A stretch of 64,000 nucleotides of DNA from Opitutales bacterium (GTDB lineage: Bacteria > Verrucomicrobiota > Verrucomicrobiia > Opitutales > PNEW01), in the NCBI GenBank assembly GCA_965197745.1, contig CBDANS010000005.1, positions 32,001 to 96,000 on the forward strand. The letters run 5' to 3'. Position numbers and translations under genes: made by a program. The notes below the pieces were generated by a model. That model saw only the letters and a list, made by a program, of their open reading frames with translations, was not told the origin of the DNA and did no database searches. Below are positions 1-9,796 of this stretch, piece after piece (position 1 is the first letter of the stretch; every line of letters begins with the position of its first letter).

Positions 1-164
1 CGCTCACCGTGCTCCGGTGATTGCCTCACCGCCAGCATCTTTTGGCTCGGGGCAATGTTGTAGCGAAGCTTCAGCTCTTTCATCAGTTCTTCTGCTATCT
101 GCTTGAGAAGAAATCTTTGCCCCAACTCTTCCTGCTTCGCAGTCAAGGTGTAGCTTCCGCACAT
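1..164 (-). CDS. SOS response-associated peptidase (SRAP/HMCES/YedK family), 5' part; runs off the window edge
   Basis: Manual translation from ATG at 164: MCGSYTLTAKQEELGQRFLLKQIAEELMKELKLRYNIAPSQKMLAVRQ. It has the SRAP N-terminal MCG(R)Y and RYNIAPSQ motifs. Not in the ORF track. Confidence 0.85.
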   Translation of the reverse strand, partial: MCGSYTLTAKQEELGQRFLLKQIAEELMKELKLRYNIAPSQKMLAVRQSPEHGE

Positions 165-233
165 GGTGGGGACTGTGTCTTGCCAGCAAGGTGAAGTCCA
201 GACTCAACTCGAATTCGCTACACCGCCATTCCC

Positions 234-392
234 TCATTCATGGAAAATCATCGGATCTTCTATTTCGATAACCAGCCACCAGGTAATTTTTGGGGCATCA
301 AAAACGATGTTGAAGTAGCGTTGATCCCTCGTTTGCACGACAAAGTACACATACTGACTATTGCCCACTTTGTCGGTATAACTTCTGCGGAT
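234..392 (-). pseudogene. C-terminal fragment of a small dinB-associated hypothetical protein
   Basis: Minus frame reads IRRSYTDKVGNSQYVYFVVQTRDQRYFNIVFDAPKITWWLVIEIEDPMIFHE* and ends just upstream of SRAP. It is cut where the inverted dinB fragment begins. Confidence 0.5.
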
Positions 393-1264
393 CGCCGGGA
401 AATCGTCGACTTCAGCCTACGGGTAAAGAATGAAATTTACCGCATAACAAAACTGACCGCCTCGGTGGGGATCGCTTATTCAAAGACTTACGCCAAGCTC
501 GCCTCGATCTTCGGAAACCAAACGGGCTGATGGTGGTGGTGAACACCGAAGAGGCAGCCCGTTTTCTCTACCCGATTTCCTTGAATGAAGTCTGGGGGAT
601 CGGTCGCAGGCGTTTTGAAAAACTTAAGCATGAAGGGGTGGAAACCATCTACGACGCTTTAAAACGGGGACCGGGAGTTTTCCAAAAGCTCTTTGGGGCT
701 TACTTTGGGCAGATGCTTTTTGAAACGGTCTGTGGTAAGGATTGCGCAAAGGTGACGGATAGAACCGATCACGTTCCCCAGGAGATTACCTACATGCACA
801 CCTTCTCTGGCTGGACGATCGAGAACTCAAGATTAAGAGGAGAAATCGCTAAGGCTGTAGCGCAATTATGTTACCGGATGCGGGGCTATAACCGGAAGGC
901 ACAGAAGTATGGAGGCTATATTCGCTTTCAGGACAACACCTGGGAGGGGATCCCTTTCACCTTTGTGACCGAAGGGCTGACCAACCTTGATGCTTATGTA
1001 TTGAAAGCGTGCTTGGAAATCGCTGAGCCGCTGCTTTTACGGTTTCTACAGGAAGGGCAAAAAATACGTGGGATCGGGCTGCACACCGTTGAAATGGATG
1101 CCAACAACCATCTCGAACTCTTTTTTCGCGAAGATGAGAAGTTGGCGCGACTGCATTTCGCGATGGACAAAATCAACAACCGTTTTGGCTTCGACACTAT
1201 CAGTCAGGCCTCCACGAAATATGCGGTTGAGGGTAAAACCCATTTCCTGGAGCGCAATGGTTAA
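391..1264 (+). pseudogene. dinB: Y-family DNA polymerase (DinB/Pol IV-like), N-terminally truncated and frameshifted
   Basis: LTASVGIAYSKTYAKLAS, then a 1-nt shift near 505 restores DLRKPNGLMVV. VWGIG HhH motif, little-finger domain and C-terminal MDKINNRFG are present. The N-terminal catalytic palm motifs are absent. Confidence 0.85.
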
Positions 1265-1539
1265 GGTAATGATCAATGAGCTAACCGAAGATATGCTAGG
1301 GCAGTTTTTTGTTGTGTCTGATTGATACTGTCAGCTGTGAGTATTACCCTTTTTCTTCGGCTTGCTGCTTCCTGTACGCTGGTTGTAAGAAACGGATCCT
1401 CCCTGTAAAGTACTAACACACAATAGGAGAGGGAGTTTAAGTATTTTTTGGCATTTAATCGCCATGAATAATTCCAATTATAGATCTCGCTTATAATTTG
1501 ATGATGGTTAGGTTGGAGAACCAACCACCCAGGTGAGTG

Positions 1540-4500
1540 ATGCTTCATAAGCGCATATTTTTCACTGCGATTGCTTTAATCGTATCAGTCTCAAGCATAC
1601 TGCAGTGTCTGTACGCACATGATGTGTCCTTTCCTTTACCCAGTGATAAGATCAATGAATACCCTTTTAACATGGTGGGAAAAGTTTCTTCAGGAAGTAA
1701 GATAGGCTCAGGTGTGGCAATATCGCAAAAGGTCGTTCTCTCCGCTGCACACTCGTTTTTCAATTATAAGACTCTGGATTGGCAAACGGGCCTTTTCCAA
1801 TGGAACTTACGCCATTCTCCATCAAATCAATCATATGATATGAGTGCGCGGTCATACCAGTATTTTAGCGAATATGCAGAAGCCAAAAAAAAGTTCAAAA
1901 ACAGTGAAAGATTCTCTTCAGGAGAAGAATTAAATCGCGATGTCATTACACTTATATTTTATGAAGATGTCGCCGATGGGGGTCATGCGAGATGGGGCAG
2001 GAGCCGAATTACCGATAACTCTGACAAAATGATCGTCGGTTATCCTGACCTTGACTACAGCGGTTTTGATCCAAGAAAACAAACAATGCATACAACCAGT
2101 ATCGAAGGGAGCTCTGCTGTCTTCTATATATTCGGAAACCCAACCCGATTAACGGATCGATTACATAATACCATACGCACTTATGAAACATTTGATCTTT
2201 CCACCGGTCCGGGAAATAGTGGTGGCCCAGTATACGGGTTAATTACATTGGCAGATGGAACCGTTGATTGGGATGTAGTCGGCATTCAGGTAGCTGGCGT
2301 AAATGGATATAATGCTGTTGCTCTAGCCATTGATGGTGCTGTTTATGATTTAATCAAGGCAGCGGAATCCACTTCTGATTCTACCTCACCCGATGACCAT
2401 GGAGATACCCGCGCCACTGCGACCACGGTAGAACTTAGTCGCCCTATTACGGGCGACTTAGAAACACAATGGGATATTGATTATTTTCGTTTTGAACTAA
2501 ATAGCGCTGGAAAAATAACTGCATTTACAACCGGTGATACCGATACCCTTGGAACATTACAGAATGATTCAGGAAACTTACAGAATAATTCAGGTAACGT
2601 TGTTGCGACAAATGATGACAGTGGTTCGAGGAGAAATTTCTTAATTACGAGGGACCTCAATCCAGGAACATATTACATCGCCGTCAGCAATTTCCTTAAT
2701 AAAGTAACAGGTTCTTATTACTTACGCGTTGATTTTTCTGAGACCGCTAAATTACCAGACTTAGCCGTTGATTTTGTTGGCGCAGACAGAAAGTCAGTAG
2801 CAGCAGGCGAAACGATCCGTGTTGATTTCGATAGAAGTAACCAGGGGGATAAAGACTCCGGTGAATTCGTTCACGGGCTCTATTTATCGAAGGATGAAAT
2901 TATTACAACTTTAGATAAACAATTGATACACTTTACAAGTGCAAGCATAAGTGCGGGTTCCTCAGAAGAATCCTATTTTGAATTAACTATACCGAAAAAT
3001 ACAATTCCAAGTATTTATTACCTGGGATATATTCTCGACTTTAATGTTCAAATTGCAGAATCCGATAAAACTAACAACACAGGGTTTGCTGAAATTACGG
3101 TAGTGGGACCCATTTCTGATTCTACCTCACCCGATGACCATGGAGATACGCGCGACACTGCGACCACGATAAAACTTGGTCGTTATATTTCGGGTCACAT
3201 TGAGACAAGAGAGGATCTTGATTATTTTCGTTTTGAACTAGATAGCGCTGGAACAATAACTGTATTTACAACAGGTGCTATCAATACCGCTGGAATATTA
3301 AAGGGTGATACATCAAGGGGCCCTGAACTCTCAAGCATAGATGGCGGGTTAGGGGATAATTTCTTAATTACGTGGGTACTCGATCCAGGAACATATACCG
3401 TCCTCGTCTACCCTTATGCTTATAGAGATACAGGTCATTATTACTTACGCGTTGATTTTTCTGAGACAATCAAATTACCAGACTTAGCTGTTGGTTTTGT
3501 TGGTGCAGACAGTGAGTCAGTAGTAGCAGGTGAATTACTCCGTGTTGATTACCACAGAAGTAACTCGGGGGATAAAGACTCTGGCCCATTCTCTCACGGG
3601 TTTTATTTATCGAAGGATGAAATTATTACAACTTCAGATACTCAATTAATATATTTTACAAGTGCAAGCATGAGTGCGGGTGCCTCAGAAAGATCCTATT
3701 ATGAATTAATTATATCAGAGAATACAATTCCAGGTATTTATTACATGGGATATATTCTCGACTTTGATAAGCAGATTGAAGAATACGATGAGACTAACAA
3801 CACGGATTATGCTGTAATTACAGTAGAAGACCCCCGTTCAGATGATGAAGCCTTAGTGCTTGATAGATTACCAGACTTGGCCGTTGATTTTGTTGGTGTA
3901 GACAGAAAGTCAGTAATAGCGGGTAAAACGATCCATGTTGATTTCGATAGAAGTAACAGGGGAGGTGAAGACACCGGTAAATTCATTCACGGGTTCTATT
4001 TATCAAAGGATGAAAATATTACAATTGGAGATACACAATTGGTATATTCTAAAGCAAATAGCATGAGTGCGGGTTCCTCAGAAGGATCCTTTTATGAATT
4101 AATTATACCAAAGAATACAATCCCAGGTATTTATTACCTGGGATATATTCTCGACTCAAATAAGCAGATTGAAGAATACGATGAGACTAACAACACGGAT
4201 TATGCTGTAATTACAGTAGAGAAATTCATTCCATACAATATTAGAGACATAGTGCTTGGTGGTTCAGGTATGTTTTATAGCCCGAGTATTCGCCACCCTA
4301 GTGGTAATATCTTCGACCAGGTATTGCTCTTCGGACCATCCATTAAGCTCAAGGCGAAGCCGGGGCACATCACGAGAACCTCCTTTATGGATGAAGATGA
4401 GGATATTGTGCAGGTGGAGTTTTCTGGTGCTGGTACCATTACAGTAACTTTAGACCCGGCTACTTTTTTACCTCCCGCTTTGCCCCCACGCTATAACCAG

Positions 4501-5079
4501 GAAGTAGAGTATGTGACCGGCAAACCAAGCGTGGTGATAGAGGGAGCAGACTCCACGACCTTCTTTAGTATCTTTACGGTGGGAAGGATCAACGCGACTT
4601 TACAGGAATTATTTCCCGAAGGGCAGGTTTATGATGCAGAAGCGGACGTAAAACTGGTGGAAGTAATCAACTCCACGGGAATCGGAGGGATGCAGTTGTC
4701 GAACACGGTCTTCAGTGGAAGCACGGGCAACGTCGGGGTGATTGCAAGAGGAGTGCCGGTGGCAGTACGTTTAACGGTCGGTGATATCGATGCTGATGGC
4801 GATGCGGTGCCGTACCTCTTGTTTGGAGAAGGTTCGTTCACGGTGCCAGCAAGCAATCCCGGGGTGCGGATCACCGGAGGAGACTTGAAGCAAACAAACA
4901 GTGCTTCGATCGTGGTCGCTGATGGTGGATCGACGGTTCCCGCGTTTGAGACCCTGATATCGCAGAACAACTTCAAGTCCGATGGAACCCCTCAGCCCAC
5001 TCAAAGTATCGATGCTGTTTTCGTCAATGAGGACGGAGTTGTGATTCCTGTAACTTTGGAAAATATAACAATAGAATAA
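1540..5079 (+). CDS. Secreted trypsin-like serine protease with 2 PPC-like and 3 CARDB-like domains and a conserved C-terminal domain
   Basis: Signal peptide. SAAH / RDV / GNSGGP catalytic triad. Two DDHGDT...D(I/L)DYFRF PPC repeats and three LPDLAV...E.D.TNN CARDB repeats. Confidence 0.85.
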   Translation: MLHKRIFFTAIALIVSVSSILQCLYAHDVSFPLPSDKINEYPFNMVGKVSSGSKIGSGVAISQKVVLSAAHSFFNYKTLDWQTGLFQWNLRHSPSNQSYDMSARSYQYFSEYAEAKKKFKNSERFSSGEELNRDVITLIFYEDVADGGHARWGRSRITDNSDKMIVGYPDLDYSGFDPRKQTMHTTSIEGSSAVFYIFGNPTRLTDRLHNTIRTYETFDLSTGPGNSGGPVYGLITLADGTVDWDVVGIQVAGVNGYNAVALAIDGAVYDLIKAAESTSDSTSPDDHGDTRATATTVELSRPITGDLETQWDIDYFRFELNSAGKITAFTTGDTDTLGTLQNDSGNLQNNSGNVVATNDDSGSRRNFLITRDLNPGTYYIAVSNFLNKVTGSYYLRVDFSETAKLPDLAVDFVGADRKSVAAGETIRVDFDRSNQGDKDSGEFVHGLYLSKDEIITTLDKQLIHFTSASISAGSSEESYFELTIPKNTIPSIYYLGYILDFNVQIAESDKTNNTGFAEITVVGPISDSTSPDDHGDTRDTATTIKLGRYISGHIETREDLDYFRFELDSAGTITVFTTGAINTAGILKGDTSRGPELSSIDGGLGDNFLITWVLDPGTYTVLVYPYAYRDTGHYYLRVDFSETIKLPDLAVGFVGADSESVVAGELLRVDYHRSNSGDKDSGPFSHGFYLSKDEIITTSDTQLIYFTSASMSAGASERSYYELIISENTIPGIYYMGYILDFDKQIEEYDETNNTDYAVITVEDPRSDDEALVLDRLPDLAVDFVGVDRKSVIAGKTIHVDFDRSNRGGEDTGKFIHGFYLSKDENITIGDTQLVYSKANSMSAGSSEGSFYELIIPKNTIPGIYYLGYILDSNKQIEEYDETNNTDYAVITVEKFIPYNIRDIVLGGSGMFYSPSIRHPSGNIFDQVLLFGPSIKLKAKPGHITRTSFMDEDEDIVQVEFSGAGTITVTLDPATFLPPALPPRYNQEVEYVTGKPSVVIEGADSTTFFSIFTVGRINATLQELFPEGQVYDAEADVKLVEVINSTGIGGMQLSNTVFSGSTGNVGVIARGVPVAVRLTVGDIDADGDAVPYLLFGEGSFTVPASNPGVRITGGDLKQTNSASIVVADGGSTVPAFETLISQNNFKSDGTPQPTQSIDAVFVNEDGVVIPVTLENITIE

Positions 5080-5158
5080 GACCGACACTGATTAACGAAG
5101 CTGCGGTTCTTCGGGATTAATGCAGGATTAAACCCCAGACGCTATGCAGCTGCAGTAT

Positions 5159-5182
5159 ATCGCCTGTTTTTAAAACAGCGAT
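5159..5182. promoter_or_regulatory. Near-perfect palindrome; possible operator or terminator
   Basis: ATCGCCTGTTTTTAAAACAGCGAT lies ~80 bp after the protease stop. Confidence 0.3.
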
Positions 5183-5515
5183 TATGTTCGCGTATAGAAC
5201 GTGCGCAGAATGGCTGAAGGATTCGTTTTGATGGTGTGGCCTATAGGCAGTGGTTAAGTTTTGAAAATATTGAGTTTCCACCGCGACGATTTTCTATCAT
5301 AATTTTTGCCGTGAAAGTGAGAGCAAAACGCAAGTGCGTCGTGGTCGTGGATGCGGGCGAGCAGAAAGAGTTAAGCCATAAGGTTGAACCGGTGCATAAA
5401 TTTTCACACCATGGCGGGGTTAAGGGCGAAGCCTCGTGAGTAAGGAAACTTTTCTTCACTGTTTGTGGTTTAATCCGGCGGTGATAGGGGGACCGAGAAG
5501 CGCATCAACTCGAGA

Positions 5516-5542
5516 GCGGTTATGCGTGACCGCCGTTTTTTT
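5516..5542 (+). terminator. Putative intrinsic terminator
   Basis: GCGGTTA-TGCG-TGACCGC hairpin followed by a T run. Confidence 0.4.
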
Positions 5543-5618
5543 GTCCGCTTCCCGTTTGGGGATGGTAAAGAAAAATGGCGTTGCTATTCTCATAAGAGAG
5601 AAAGTAATTAATTATACC

Positions 5619-6347
5619 ATGTTTAACGGTTATTGGTATTGGATTGTGATAGCAGGATTTCTCTTAACCGGCTGCTATGAGACCACCCGGCAGATTACTC
5701 CGTTTGCCGACAGGGAATACCAAAAAAGTTATAAGCAAGGAGAAAATCACTGCCGTGTAGTGTCCCAGGGCGCGCACAAGGTATCAATGGTCAGTTTACA
5801 AAAAGCGGCAGGTTCAAGAGTGGGATTTACGATAGAAGTCGAGAACGGGTCTACGGCCCCCATTGTGTTTGGGTTTGACCATGTAACCGCGGTTACCGCG
5901 GACGAGTTGAATTTGTATATTAATACGTTAGGGGATTTAAACAAGGAGGTTGCTGACCGGGAGCGATTCCGTGAATTTTGGAATAGTATAGCTACTATCC
6001 TCGCAGTGGCTGGTGCTCAAGGAATGACGGTCCATTATGGTAGCGTTAATACCATTTATGGGAGCAGAACTTACTCGGGGGTAACGTATGATCCCAGAGT
6101 CGCTGCAATACAACGGAGGATAGCACAGGTTGAAGGCCAGCAACGATCAAGTAACATCAGGAATCAAGCTGATGAGTCTAGGCATCAATATGCCTCGAAG
6201 ATATTGAAAGCCAGAGAGCTTAACCCGGGTGAAAAGGTGAGGGGCTCTTTATGGATAGAAATTCCGTATGAACGATCAGGGATGGTTTATTTTAATGTCC
6301 ATGCAGGCAGTGAGAGGCACCGGCTTGCGTTTAAAGTGGGCGATTAA
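5619..6347 (+). CDS. Hypothetical lipoprotein
   Basis: From ATG 5619: MFNGYWYWIVIAGFLLTGC, a hydrophobic signal with an LTGC lipobox. C-terminal L.PGEKVRGSLW beta-sandwich-like end. Confidence 0.7.
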   Translation: MFNGYWYWIVIAGFLLTGCYETTRQITPFADREYQKSYKQGENHCRVVSQGAHKVSMVSLQKAAGSRVGFTIEVENGSTAPIVFGFDHVTAVTADELNLYINTLGDLNKEVADRERFREFWNSIATILAVAGAQGMTVHYGSVNTIYGSRTYSGVTYDPRVAAIQRRIAQVEGQQRSSNIRNQADESRHQYASKILKARELNPGEKVRGSLWIEIPYERSGMVYFNVHAGSERHRLAFKVGD

Positions 6348-6421
6348 ACGGGTTGCGACAGGATTTGTTTTGGGAAGTGTGAACGCTCCACGCGGGGAGT
6401 TCATTAGACGATAATTAGAAT

Positions 6422-6829
6422 ATGTCAGAGAAGGGAAAACAACCTAGTATTACCAGGAGGAAATGGGAAAACGTGTATAACCCGAAGCAGGTAAGCCCAC
6501 AGTTCCGGGCACTCGAAATAGCAAAATACTTAGGCGGGGAAAAGTTCGCCATACCCATCCAACAGGCAGTCGGCGGGATAAAATCTGAAGCGGTAGCGAC
6601 GGATCTCATGGTGGCACTCGGAATTGCCTTTCATTTGAGACCCTGGATTCCCACATCCGGCCGTACGGCATTCGACATGGCAAAAGCTGAAAAGGCCGCG
6701 ACTGATTTCATTGCGGAACGGGAAAAGATGCACAATCTGGATATGGCAGACCGAAGGTTGCTGGTGACCGAATTGGCCGCGAGATTGAGCGGGGTAACGC
6801 TCGAAAGGGCCGTGCAGTTGACTGGGTAA
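6422..6829 (+). CDS. Hypothetical protein
   Basis: 135-aa ATG-started ORF with plausible composition; no recognised motif. Confidence 0.5.
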   Translation: MSEKGKQPSITRRKWENVYNPKQVSPQFRALEIAKYLGGEKFAIPIQQAVGGIKSEAVATDLMVALGIAFHLRPWIPTSGRTAFDMAKAEKAATDFIAEREKMHNLDMADRRLLVTELAARLSGVTLERAVQLTG

Positions 6830-7629
6830 GACTCTCGGCGGGCAATTGCCTAAGCTTCATATTTCGAATTGCAGGACTTTGGGTGGACAACGGGGGATCG
6901 TTTTTCTGCCGTCAGATTGAAACTGTCAAAACTATACATTTTTCTTCGGCTTGCCGTTTCCTGGGACTGCTGACATACTGCCAGTTCACAGTTGTTGCCT
7001 GCCTATTCCACGCACAGGGTTCTTGAGCTTTCTGAATCTGAGGGGGCGTTTTTTTTGTGTTTAACATTGATGCTGTCAGCTGTCTAAAAATTACCTTAAT
7101 CTCACTTTTGAAAAGTAGATCAATAAAAAAGAGTAGGACGATTGCCACGACCCTCTTTTATCGATCTACCCTTTGATTAAGGGTTGTTTTAGCTTGTCCA
7201 CAATGAAGGCCAACCTGCGGACACATAAAAAAAGAGTGACTGGTCGTTCGAAGGTTGCCTGAGCAGACCGTTATTGGCGGCAGTGTACGCGGACATAAAG
7301 GGACGGCCCTAAAAGGAGATATTAGAAGGTGAACCGCACAATCGTCATTATGTCCAGTTGATTTGTAAATAATTGATATTCAACATATTAAATTTATACA
7401 TAAAATTCCTAACGGTCTTAAACAAACGCTAATTAAGGGGTAAGCCCCAGTTTAAAACTCTATTAAGGCGAACCAAACATACTATTGCTATACGCACTGC
7501 GCCCTATAATTCAGAGTATCCCTATCAAGAAAACATTCACCGTCTGACATCGCCGGTGTCCGCTAATTTGGGAATAAACCAATCTGGGAGCAAATCAGCT
7601 TACAGGGGGCGGGGGGGGTGCGATCAGAA

Positions 7630-7868
7630 GACCGACCCCCTAGTCCATATATCGATTTACTCACCGGAAAATATATTTACAAAGGGCAAAGTTTGGCAGC
7701 AAAACAATTTAAAACGAACACTTTTAAATTGGCTCTAAAATGTACGATCACCTTTGTTATGAAACAAATTCCCCTGCCTTAAGATGCAAACGCCCTTTCT
7801 CGAGGCGCTCAGACCCCTTCACGGGCAAATCAAATCATTGGTGATGCTTCAAAAAATTCACCCCGCAA
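7630..7868 (+). repeat. Non-coding direct repeat, copy 1 of 3
   Basis: ATTTACTCACC.GAAAATATATTTACAA...TTTAAAACGAA...GGCTCTAAA...CCCTGCCTTAAGATG...CTCAGACCCCTT is shared with 9136-9308 (distal part only) and 9503-9687. Confidence 0.85.
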
Positions 7869-7962
7869 AGAGTAAACCAGCCAGCACTATGACAGGGCTC
7901 TCAATTGTTCTCAGGGAGAGTTTATGAGTTCCCGGTGTTATCGCGCAAGCTTGCCCGGCCTC

Positions 7963-8934
7963 TTACGGACCCTCATCCAGGTAATAGCCCGCCCCGATCA
8001 GAATCGGCAGTCCAAAGGATACGATCCTTTTAACGAAAGTCACCTTGCGCTCCTCCATTGCACTCGCCGGATTGCGCTTCGTGTAATACAGGAAGCTTTC
8101 TCCGAAAGCCTCTGCAACGCTCACTAAATCATGCTCTTCGACCGTTCCTTTCAATTCAGATACACCCGACCCCTGGCTGTATGGATCTCCGCTAAACAGC
8201 GTGTAGCCATAAGTATCAATGGCAAATAAGTAGATTGATTCGTGTTTCCATCGCGGATCCGTGGTCAAAGTGTTGATCGCAAAATAGCCTTTCATTTCAA
8301 GCTCCATCGCGGCGCAGCGAACAAACTCCTTGAGTCTCTCGTTGGATGGATCGTTATCGAGCAACATGGCGTTGACCTCTTCACTGTTGCACGTGCCCGG
8401 GATGTCGCGCCGGTAGATCCCCGCGCCAATTACAGCGGGAGTCCCGTTCCAGTCTATGCTCTTGACGTAGGAAGCCTTCGGCTCATCGTAGCCGGTGTCC
8501 GGATTGCGGAAGGAGTAGTAGAGCCAACCCTCACCGAAGTGGGTCGCGATACGATAGGCTTCCAGGTCGATGTTGTTACCGAAGGAGTCGATGAAAAAGC
8601 CCAAAGGCTGCCCTTCTCTCGAAGGGTCGGGCGGGAAGACAAAGCTTCGAGGCTGATCGCTCACCACTGTCACTTCGTCGACAAAAACATAGATTGGACC
8701 GCTTTTCCAACGAACGTCCTCGTGAAAGGCCCGACGGGCTTCATCAAATCCCACTTCCTGGACAAACTCGTAAGCACATTGCACGAACGCCTGAATGTCT
8801 TCCGGTGTGCGTACGGCACGAGCTTTGATAGAGTGGTCTTCACAAGACAGAACTTCAGCAGTGCCGAACGTTGACGACACCGCGCACATTGAGATTAGCG
8901 CAATCAGAAAGGGTAAGACACTTCGGTTCATCAT
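7963..8934 (-). CDS. Secreted stand-alone tandem Cache-domain protein
   Basis: Signal peptide. Two repeats of FV.CA...W....IY.F...G...Y...NP......K...VK......IGAG.Y, which resembles single-Cache 2. No transmembrane or output domain. Confidence 0.75.
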   Translation of the reverse strand: MMNRSVLPFLIALISMCAVSSTFGTAEVLSCEDHSIKARAVRTPEDIQAFVQCAYEFVQEVGFDEARRAFHEDVRWKSGPIYVFVDEVTVVSDQPRSFVFPPDPSREGQPLGFFIDSFGNNIDLEAYRIATHFGEGWLYYSFRNPDTGYDEPKASYVKSIDWNGTPAVIGAGIYRRDIPGTCNSEEVNAMLLDNDPSNERLKEFVRCAAMELEMKGYFAINTLTTDPRWKHESIYLFAIDTYGYTLFSGDPYSQGSGVSELKGTVEEHDLVSVAEAFGESFLYYTKRNPASAMEERKVTFVKRIVSFGLPILIGAGYYLDEGP

Positions 8935-9135
8935 TTAAAAATATTCGGGGTAGTTCGCTTTTGGAAACAACGGGAAATCATATTGTATGATTTGATAAAA
9001 TCTGTCAATGGGGCCAAAAAGGTTTCAAACTTAGACGTACCCCGGAAGCTTGGGTAAAGCAATCTACAACTCCTGAGATAGACAGTGATCGGTAAAGCGT
9101 ACGATAAATACATGGGCTTGGTGATCGTAAGAATT

Positions 9136-9308
9136 GGCAGCAACAATGATTTAAAACGAAACGCATTTTATTGGCTCTAAAATGTACGATCACCCATCGT
9201 TATGAAACTTACCCTGCCTTAAGATGTAACTGCCCTTTCTCAAGGCTCTCAGACCCCTTCACAGGCAAGTCAAATCAAGCTTCGAAGTTTCAAAAAGTTC
9301 CCCCCAGC
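9136..9308 (+). repeat. Non-coding direct repeat, copy 2 of 3
   Basis: Aligns with 7695-7868. Confidence 0.85.
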
Positions 9309-9502
9309 CTTGATAACATGCAATCGAGCGTAGAAATGTAAGCATTATCTTTTAGAATATTTTGCCGCGGTAAAATCTGTTCCTTAAAGATATTGTCTGT
9401 GTCTGCTTGGGACAGCTCATTTCAAATATTAAAATGATCATAGATCAAAAGCATGCTGATTACCTTTGAGGTTTTTATTATTATGTTTTTAATCACCAGA
9501 TC

Positions 9503-9687
9503 GACCGGTGGTCTCACTATTAATTTACTCACCAGAAAATATATTTACAATCGAGCAACGCTTAACAGCAAAACAATTTAAAACGAACACTTTTAAATGG
9601 GCTCTAAAGGAACGATTACTCTTCGTTATGAAACCATTCCCTGCCTTAAGATGCAAACGGCCTTTCTCGAGGCTCTCAGACCCCTTA
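9503..9687 (+). repeat. Non-coding direct repeat, copy 3 of 3
   Basis: Aligns with 7630-7820. Confidence 0.85.
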
Positions 9688-9796
9688 AAAGACTTTGCTT
9701 GATGAATTCATGATCCCTTATCTTTTTATGCAACATCCATTGCATCTATTTGATTTCAAATATTTACCTCCCAGATAAAAAAGAATAATTTAGCCG

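Noticed and set aside
240..390. N-terminus of ORF 240-530 as part of DinB
   Set aside because: It lacks DinB palm motifs, and the opposite strand carries the more plausible coding frame.
5185..5200. LexA box (TGTTC...GAAC)
   Set aside because: The spacer is 7 nt rather than the 4 nt of the Verrucomicrobia-type TGTTC-N4-GAACA, and it is not upstream of an SOS gene.
6950..7320. Riboswitch or ncRNA in the long intergenic region
   Set aside because: No recognisable Rfam-type consensus by eye; an Infernal search would be needed.
8242..8874. 210-aa ORF antisense to the Cache gene, and similar shadow ORFs throughout the track
   Set aside because: They fully overlap better-supported genes on the opposite strand or in another frame and have no motifs.
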